Source of the DNA: Chthoniobacteraceae bacterium
Lineage (GTDB): Bacteria; Verrucomicrobiota; Verrucomicrobiia; Chthoniobacterales; Chthoniobacteraceae
Reading direction: 5' to 3'
Assembly: GCA_031409335.1 (NCBI GenBank)
Contig: JANNWY010000170.1
Span: 128,001-192,000, forward strand
DNA: 64,000 nt
Shown here: one piece after another, positions 58,200 to 64,000 of the stretch
How positions within the stretch are numbered: position 1 is the first letter of the stretch
Layout: each line of letters opens with the position of its first letter
Notes under the pieces: model-generated
What the model was told of the DNA's origin: nothing
Seen by the model: only the letters and a program-made list of their open reading frames with translations
The model's database searches: none
Program-made: the position numbers and the translations under genes

Positions 58200-59339
58200 G
58201 TGCGCCCGATCCACCGTATTTCCATCCTCGATCAGACCGTCGAGCACTTGCGCGAAGGCCTCCGCGCCGGGCGCTGGGGCGGCGAACTGCCGGGCGTGCT
58301 GCGGCTGGCGGCGGAGTGCGTTGTCTCCAAAGACACGATGCGCGCGGCGCTGCGTCTTTTAGAGAAAGAGGGGCTGCTCAGCGCGGGCCGTGCAGGCGGG
58401 CGGCGCAAGGTGCTCGCGGCAGGTGGGGCGGGGCCAGCCGATAGGGCGCGGGCCAAGACGAGCAGTTTGCGCGTGGCGATCCTGCTGCACCACCCGCTGG
58501 CGGAAGAGAGTAACCCGCTGCACCAGACGCTGCGCGACATTCAGCGCGAGCTGGTAGCGGCGTGGCACGCGGTGGCCTTCGCGCCAAAGACGCAAACCGA
58601 GTTGCGCTTCGCCCCGGCCCGCATCGCGAAGCTGGTCGCGGCGACGCCTGCGGATGCGTGGGTGGTGACGGCTGCGCCGCGCCCCGTGCTCGAGTTTTTC
58701 GCGGCGCAACCGCTGCCCGCGATCGCGCTGGGCGGACGCTCCCTCGGCTTGGACATCGCGAGCAGCGGCGTCGGTGGGGCGCCCGGGCTCTGCACGGCCA
58801 CGCGCCGGCTCCTCGCGCTCGGGCATCGCCGCATCGTGCTCATCTGCGGGCGTGCGTGGCGGCAGCCAGCGGGAGGTCGGAACGCGACCGCCTACACGGC
58901 GGAATTGGCCGCGCACGGCATCGCGGCGGGCGACTATTCCCTGCCCGACTTCGAGCCAACGGCAGCGGGTTTGCGCGCGCTCTTCGAGTCGCTCTTCCGC
59001 GTGACGCCGCCCACGGCGCTCATCCTGGAATCCGCCGACTATGCCGTGGCCGCCTTCGCCTTTCTCGCGCAACGCGGGCTGGCGGTCCCGCGCGATGTCT
59101 CGCTGGTGTGCCTTTACCCCGACGCCTCGCTGCAATGGTGGGATCCCCCGCTGGCGCGACTGCGGCACGAGGACGCGCTGGTGGTGCGGCGTGTCGTGCG
59201 CTGGTGCCGCGCCGTCGCCCGCGGCCAGGTCGATCGCGAGCCGGTGATGGTGCCCGCGGAGTTCGACGAAGGCGGGACGATCGGGCCGGTGCGGCCCGGA
59301 GTTATACGTAAACCAACTCTCGCGAATCTGCGTCGATGA
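58200..59339 (+). CDS. GntR-type wHTH + LacI-type substrate-binding domain transcriptional regulator
   Basis: LPGVLRLAAECVVSKDTMRAALRLLEKEGLL HTH; LLALGHRRIVL, PPTALI, GLAVPRDVSLV. Confidence 0.85.
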   Translation: MRPIHRISILDQTVEHLREGLRAGRWGGELPGVLRLAAECVVSKDTMRAALRLLEKEGLLSAGRAGGRRKVLAAGGAGPADRARAKTSSLRVAILLHHPLAEESNPLHQTLRDIQRELVAAWHAVAFAPKTQTELRFAPARIAKLVAATPADAWVVTAAPRPVLEFFAAQPLPAIALGGRSLGLDIASSGVGGAPGLCTATRRLLALGHRRIVLICGRAWRQPAGGRNATAYTAELAAHGIAAGDYSLPDFEPTAAGLRALFESLFRVTPPTALILESADYAVAAFAFLAQRGLAVPRDVSLVCLYPDASLQWWDPPLARLRHEDALVVRRVVRWCRAVARGQVDREPVMVPAEFDEGGTIGPVRPGVIRKPTLANLRR

Positions 59340-60093
59340 ATCCGTGCTTCCCAAGCAACTCGCGGAACTTCTCGATTCCCGCTTTTTCCCGCGGGCCGAG
59401 GCCGAAGCGAATGTGCTGCGTGAGGTATCGTTCGCGGAATGCCGCATCGCGAAATTTCTCCGCGCGCACGATTTCGCCGATACTCGCCACACCCGCGCGG
59501 CCCAGCGCGCGCAGCTCATCTGCCACCGCGACGGCATCCGGCAGGTCCGCGCGCAACAGCCACGGGGCGTACACGAAGGGCAGCCCCGTGCAGCGTTTCC
59601 ACTCCTCACCGAGATCGAGGAAGTGGTGCGTGTCCGCGTGCTCGTGGCGAAAGTCGATCGCCTGATTTCCGATGAGCAACTCCGCATCGGCTTCGCCGCG
59701 AAACGTGGCCGCATCCACGCATTGCGGGCGCAGTCCGCGGTATTCGGCGAGCAGCACTTGCAGCAGATGCACGGAAGTCAGGGACGCGGGATCGAGCGCG
59801 ACGGTGCGCACTTCCGCGAGCGGGCCGCGGTGCGCGAGGAAGACGCTGTAAACCGGGCCGTCGCTGGCGATGGCGACGCCGTCGGCGATGAGGTAGCGCG
59901 GATCGCGCAGCGCTTCGAAGATCGGCACCAGCGCGACATCCAGCGCGCCGCGCGAAAGATCGCGCGCAAGCGCGGAGGGATGATCGAAAACCACCGCGCC
60001 GTCGTAGCCGTGGATGAGCGGCTTGGCGTTGAGGTATTGCACGCAGCCGATCCGCAGCTTCGCGAGCGCGGGCCAGGCGGTGCTCACGCGCAC
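59302..60093 (-). CDS. mqnA: Chorismate dehydratase (futalosine pathway)
   Basis: IGCVQYLNAKPL, GVAIASDGPVYSV, ASLTSV, LLIGNQA, DLGEEW..TGLPFVYA; coupled to mqnE. Confidence 0.9.
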   Translation of the reverse strand: MRVSTAWPALAKLRIGCVQYLNAKPLIHGYDGAVVFDHPSALARDLSRGALDVALVPIFEALRDPRYLIADGVAIASDGPVYSVFLAHRGPLAEVRTVALDPASLTSVHLLQVLLAEYRGLRPQCVDAATFRGEADAELLIGNQAIDFRHEHADTHHFLDLGEEWKRCTGLPFVYAPWLLRADLPDAVAVADELRALGRAGVASIGEIVRAEKFRDAAFRERYLTQHIRFGLGPREKAGIEKFRELLGKHGFIDADSRELVYV

Positions 60094-61238
60094 GCGAGTT
60101 CGGCGGATGGGGCCGCTTCCGGCTCGCGCCAGGTCGAAGGGATGCGGCGGTAATAGGTATCGCGCTGCATCGGTTCGCGGCCCGCTTCGCGGATCGCTTT
60201 TTCCAGCGAATTCATCGTCTGGTAGGTCGGCGTCTTCGCGCCGGCCATGTGGAAGATTTTCTCTTCCATGATCGTCCCATGCAGATCGTCCACGCCGTAA
60301 TTCAGCGCGAGCGACGCGAGCGGCAGGCCGAGGCTCACCCAGTAGGCGGTGAGATGGTCGAAGTTATCGAGGTAGATGCGCGATATGGCGAGATTCTTCA
60401 GCTCCTCGAACGCCGTCGCGTGCCGGATGTGCTTCAACTCAGGCCGCGCAAATTCGGCTTCAAAAGCAAACGGCACGAAGCCCGTGAACCCGCCTGTGTC
60501 ATCCTGCAACTCGCGCAGGATGCGCAGGTGATCGACCCGCTGCGCATAAGTCTCAATGTGCCCAAACAGCATCGTCGCCGTGCTCGGCAACCCCATCTCG
60601 TGCCACGTCCGATGCACCTCGATCCACTCGTCGGCGTTTTCTTTCCCGCGGCAAATCTGGTCGCGCACGCCTTGGTCGAAAATCTCCGCGCCACCGCCGG
60701 TGATCGCCCCCAAGCCCGTATCGCGCAGCAGCTCCAGCGTCTCGCGGATGGATTTTTTGAAAACACGTTCCGCAAGGTGGCGAATCTCGACCGCGGTAAA
60801 AGCCTTGATGAAAAGCGCGTCGTCCAGTGCGCGCAGCCGCCCGATCAATTCCAAATACCAGTCGCCCTTCAGCGTCGGATGCAGTCCGCCGACCATGTGG
60901 ATCTCGGTGATCCCGAGCGTCAGCGCCGCCCGCACTTTTTCCACGATCTCATCGACCGAAAGCTCGAACGCATGAGCATCCCGCTTCCGCGCGCCGAACG
61001 CGCAGAACTGGCACGAGAGCAAACAGACGTTCGAGTAGTTGACGTACTGGTTGTGAATGTAAGTCGCGATGTTTCCGTTCTTCCGCTCGCGCACCGCATT
61101 CGCCATCGAGCCCAGCGCATTCAGATCGTTCGAGCGGTAAAGCTCCTCACACTCGGCATCGCCGATCCGCTCGCCTGCGGTTACTTTTTCAAAAATGGAC
61201 CGCAGTTCCGGCGGGATGAGCTTGGCTGTGACGGGCAT
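60084..61238 (-). CDS. mqnE: Aminofutalosine synthase (radical SAM)
   Basis: NYSNVCLLSCQFCAF, EIHMVGGLHP, KAFTAVEI, GGGAEIF, ATMLFGHIE, HLTAYW, GTIMEEKIFHMAGA; start ATG 61238. Confidence 0.9.
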   Translation of the reverse strand: MPVTAKLIPPELRSIFEKVTAGERIGDAECEELYRSNDLNALGSMANAVRERKNGNIATYIHNQYVNYSNVCLLSCQFCAFGARKRDAHAFELSVDEIVEKVRAALTLGITEIHMVGGLHPTLKGDWYLELIGRLRALDDALFIKAFTAVEIRHLAERVFKKSIRETLELLRDTGLGAITGGGAEIFDQGVRDQICRGKENADEWIEVHRTWHEMGLPSTATMLFGHIETYAQRVDHLRILRELQDDTGGFTGFVPFAFEAEFARPELKHIRHATAFEELKNLAISRIYLDNFDHLTAYWVSLGLPLASLALNYGVDDLHGTIMEEKIFHMAGAKTPTYQTMNSLEKAIREAGREPMQRDTYYRRIPSTWREPEAAPSAELACA

Positions 61239-61340
61239 TTCGCGCTTCGTAAGAGTTTCCACATCAATAAGAACGCCCCGCACCTTTTGCAAGATGCCTT
61301 TGCCGCGCAGCGCCCGCGTGGCATAAGGTCGCCGCACCCG

Positions 61341-61955
61341 ATGAGCGACGAAACCAGTTCCCCAGCCGACCCCGCGCCCGACGCGGCCGCGCAGGATCTC
61401 CGCTGGATGGAGCGCGTAAAGACCGGCGACGAAACCGCGTTTCGCGAGCTGATCGAGGCGCACCAAAACCGCATCATCGGCACCATCACGAAAATGCTCG
61501 GTGACGAAACCGACGCGGAAGACATCGCCCAGCAGGTCTTCATCCGCGTGTGGAAAAGCGCGCCGCGCTGGCAGCCGACCGCGAAGGTGACGACGTGGCT
61601 TTACAAAATCACGCGCAACCTCGTCTTCAACGAAACCCGCCGCCGCAAACGCCATCCCGTCCAATCGCTCGACGCCACGCTGAACGACGGCGACCGCCCG
61701 CAGCAATTCACCGACACCGGCGTGAAACCCGCCGACACCGCGCTGCTCGACGCCGAGATGCAAGCCGCCATCCAGCGCGCCATCGACGAACTCCCCGAAC
61801 AGCAGCGCATGGCCATCATCCTGCGCCGCTACGACGACGTGCCTTACGAGGAAATCGGCGAAATCCTCGATCTCAGCGTCCCTGCCGTGAAAAGCGTCCT
61901 CTTCCGCGCGCGCACGGATTTGCGGGAAAAGCTGCGGCGGTATTTGGAAGGGTGA
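61341..61955 (+). CDS. ECF RNA polymerase sigma-70 factor
   Basis: GDETAFRELI, DAEDIAQQVFIRVW, TWLYKITRN, LPEQQRMAIIL, YEEIGEIL..VKSVLFRAR. Confidence 0.93.
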   Translation: MSDETSSPADPAPDAAAQDLRWMERVKTGDETAFRELIEAHQNRIIGTITKMLGDETDAEDIAQQVFIRVWKSAPRWQPTAKVTTWLYKITRNLVFNETRRRKRHPVQSLDATLNDGDRPQQFTDTGVKPADTALLDAEMQAAIQRAIDELPEQQRMAIILRRYDDVPYEEIGEILDLSVPAVKSVLFRARTDLREKLRRYLEG

Positions 61956-61973
61956 GCGGTTGCGGTGGGAAGG

Positions 61974-62189
61974 TCACCGATTCCGCGGGGGAAAAATGTC
62001 GGTCATTTCGCATTTTAGACGATCCATAATGCGCTGAAGGCTCTTGAGCGTGAGGTTCTGATCCCCAATCTCCAGGCGCTGCAAAGTCGAGTCTGAGATG
62101 CCGAGCTTTCGCGCGAATTGCAGCAAGGTCAGTTCCCCGCGCTTTTCGCGCAGGAATTTGGCAAGTTGGTCCTTGAGCGCGGCTGGCAC
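61974..62189 (-). CDS. XRE-family helix-turn-helix regulator
   Basis: LREKRGELTLLQFARKLGISDSTLQRLEIGDQNLTL; probable GTG start at 62189. Confidence 0.85.
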   Translation of the reverse strand: MPAALKDQLAKFLREKRGELTLLQFARKLGISDSTLQRLEIGDQNLTLKSLQRIMDRLKCEMTDIFPPRNR

Positions 62190-62211
62190 GCCAAAACAGT
62201 GCGGGGAGACG

Positions 62212-62229
62212 AATCCCGCATATGGGATT
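62212..62229. promoter_or_regulatory. Palindromic operator candidate between the XRE gene and the divergent operon
   Basis: AATCCC-gcatat-GGGATT in an 85-bp divergent intergenic region. Confidence 0.5.
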
Positions 62230-62274
62230 TCTAGCTTGCCATGTACCGTATTCACCCGCACAACACTGCCCGTC

Positions 62275-63108
62275 ATGAAAAAGTTACCCCTTTGCAGTCA
62301 GTCAACGCGGCACCGCCAGTTCGCCTGGCACCGTCCCCTCCTCCCGGCAGCACATCTCAGCGCGCTGCTTTTGTCGGCGTTAGATTTGCCCGTGGCAGAT
62401 GCGCAGACGCCGGAACGAACGAATCCAGCAGGCTCGGACAAACCTGCTTCAAATTTTCAAGTCCTCAAAAGCCGCGAGGTCGTGGTCGGAGATCATACCG
62501 TCACCTTTCAGCTCATCACCCCCCCTCCCGCTCCTGCGCCCGCAGCTCCTGCAACGGTGCGGGTATTGACGCCGGAGGAAATCGCGACCGCCCAGCGGCG
62601 GGCCGCGAAACAGCAGACGGTGCTTTTCTTCTCGGCGACGGTGCTGGATCGCCGGGTCACGGAATTGAACTGGACGGAGGACGGGAAAAAATATCGCGGC
62701 TTTAGCAATATCGACTTCGAGTATTTCCGCGGGCTGGGTGAGATTGAAGCCGGGGATGCGATTTACACGCTGATGATGGCCCTGGAGAGCGACACTGCGG
62801 AGACGCTCGCTGCCCGGACCCGCGAGATTCCACAGCTAGCCCAACTTCCCATCGACCGCCCCGCCTGGCTGCTGGTCGAAGGCCCCGCCGAAGCAGGCTC
62901 GGCGAATGCGACCGCGCTGGATGCGATCCACACTTGGTTTGGCGCACGCCGCGCGGAGGTGATTCGCGACTATGAAGGGCGCGAGGCGGCAAGAGCCGAA
63001 AAGGAGCGGATGGAGCGTGAGAACCCACCCGTACCGAAGAAACGGGTTATCAGCTTCTGGAGGAAGAACAGCGCCCCGCGCGCGTCGGCGAACGAGGGAC
63101 AGCAATGA
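62275..63108 (+). CDS. Hypothetical protein, probably exported
   Basis: Hydrophobic segment ending ADA-Q; Pro/Ala linker; stop overlaps the next ATG (ATGA). No family name recognised. Confidence 0.75.
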   Translation: MKKLPLCSQSTRHRQFAWHRPLLPAAHLSALLLSALDLPVADAQTPERTNPAGSDKPASNFQVLKSREVVVGDHTVTFQLITPPPAPAPAAPATVRVLTPEEIATAQRRAAKQQTVLFFSATVLDRRVTELNWTEDGKKYRGFSNIDFEYFRGLGEIEAGDAIYTLMMALESDTAETLAARTREIPQLAQLPIDRPAWLLVEGPAEAGSANATALDAIHTWFGARRAEVIRDYEGREAARAEKERMERENPPVPKKRVISFWRKNSAPRASANEGQQ

Positions 63109-64000
63109 ACCGGGTAGTCCTCGTCCTCGCTTGCGGGCTGGCTTTGGCCTGCGCGGCATTTTCCCAAACTGCGGCGGATCCTGAGAACTTTGTCCGTCTT
63201 GAGCAGATTGGCCCCGGCTCTTATGAGATTTCTTGGTACGGTAGATCGGGGCGAACCTATTTCCTTCAGTATTCCGAGAATTTGATCGCCTGGACCTACA
63301 TTCCCGGCATCATCGAGACGGGGGTGGGTACCCCGATTACGATTGGCATCTCGGACTCCGATATTCCCGAGTCCGGGCGGTTTTTCCTCCGTGTAAAGTA
63401 TTGCTTTCTCACCGCCGCCGATCCGTTCGCAGCGGATTTCGACGACGACCGGGTCAACAATGCGCATGAACTTGATCAATGGACCGACCCGCTCCATTCC
63501 GTAGATACGGACAGCGACGAAATGCCAGACGATTGGGAAACCCGCTATCTTCTCAATCCAGGCAATCCAGCTGATGGTGTCCCCAATGCCGATGCCGATG
63601 GAGATGGGATTTCCAACCATGACGAATTTTTCTCCGGAACCCTCGGGACCGATCCCACCGATTATTACAACGGAAGCGGTTACCCGAACATCACGACGGT
63701 CAACTGGCCCAACCCATCGCCAACGGATGAACCGGGAACTTTGCTGTCCGTGCCGCTCATCCTGCAGGTGACGGATGGCATGGGACCGGTGAACAACGCC
63801 CGCGTCACGGTATTCGTCCCGGGCGTCGATCAAGGCCAGGTCTCGCCTGCCAGCGATGGCAGCGACCTGGCAACCACCTTGCATTTGCCGACCGGAATGG
63901 GTGGGCGCACCCAAGTGTATTACAAACACCCCTCGGCTAATCCTCCGGTTCCCACCCTGCGAACCATTACGGCAAAGGTGGGAAGCGCACTGCTGGACGG
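63105..64000 (+). CDS. Secreted protein with TSP3-like DxDxDG Ca-binding repeats and Ig-like region; 3' end beyond the window
   Basis: Not in the ORF track. Manual translation MNRVVLVLACGLALACAAFSQ...WYGRSGRTYFLQYSENL...DFDDDRVNNAHE...DTDSDEMPDDWE...DADGDGISNHDE...GTDP; no stop seen before base 64000. Confidence 0.85.
   Translation, partial: MNRVVLVLACGLALACAAFSQTAADPENFVRLEQIGPGSYEISWYGRSGRTYFLQYSENLIAWTYIPGIIETGVGTPITIGISDSDIPESGRFFLRVKYCFLTAADPFAADFDDDRVNNAHELDQWTDPLHSVDTDSDEMPDDWETRYLLNPGNPADGVPNADADGDGISNHDEFFSGTLGTDPTDYYNGSGYPNITTVNWPNPSPTDEPGTLLSVPLILQVTDGMGPVNNARVTVFVPGVDQGQVSPASDGSDLATTLHLPTGMGGRTQVYYKHPSANPPVPTLRTITAKVGSALLD

Noticed and set aside
56217..59424. Diversity-generating retroelement TR/VR pair
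   Set aside because: Mismatches are not confined to adenines in either copy, many are synonymous, and no reverse transcriptase is present.
60084..61955. 559-aa and 568-aa ORF-track versions of mqnE and the ECF sigma factor as long overlapping or fused proteins
   Set aside because: Each extension is the antisense of the other gene; real starts at 61238 (-) and 61341 (+) give a normal divergent pair.
62970..63929. 319-aa minus-strand ORF at the window end
   Set aside because: Shadow of the plus-strand secreted protein starting at 63105, which has a signal peptide, repeats and ATGA coupling.

Overview
GC-rich bacterial chromosome window, most likely PVC superphylum and probably Verrucomicrobiota. 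This is inferred from a DUF1501 + DUF1549/DUF1553 pair, an exosortase with a PEP-CTERM substrate, and futalosine-pathway mqnA/mqnE. All product calls come from reading motifs in the translations; no database search was run. Layout: (1) 1-10.9 kb holds a truncated HEPN (HI0074-type) gene, the DUF1501/DUF1549-1553 module split by two palindromic REP-like elements, a coupled GT2(TIGR04283-like)/DUF547/radical SAM operon, a cyclophilin and aguB-aguA. (2) 10.9-55 kb is a ~44 kb surface-glycan locus: wcaJ-like priming transferase, cytoplasmic PAS kinase + NarL-type regulator, exosortase-EpsI fusion, OM beta-barrel, short Wza, Wzc, Wzm/Wzt, about 10 glycosyltransferases, 4 methyltransferases, 4 acyl-transfer systems, a probable HAD/PRT ribofuranosyltransferase, a Wzy-like protein, a TPR protein and a NusG paralog. 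(3) 55-64 kb holds kdgK, a REP element with compensatory base changes, a 3-kb insert (PEP-CTERM metalloprotease + GntR/LacI regulator) flanked by a diverged duplicate of the mqnA 3' end, mqnA-mqnE, an ECF sigma factor, an XRE regulator, and a hypothetical protein coupled to a secreted Ca-binding-repeat protein that runs off the window. Best candidates for something new: the radical SAM with tetraether-synthase (Tes/GDGT-MAS)-like auxiliary-cluster motifs in an arsenosugar-cluster-like operon; the mqnA 3'-end replacement; the XRE-linked two-gene secreted module; and the hybrid ABC/Wzc exosortase-linked glycan system. No rRNA, tRNA, CRISPR array, transposase or integrase was recognised.
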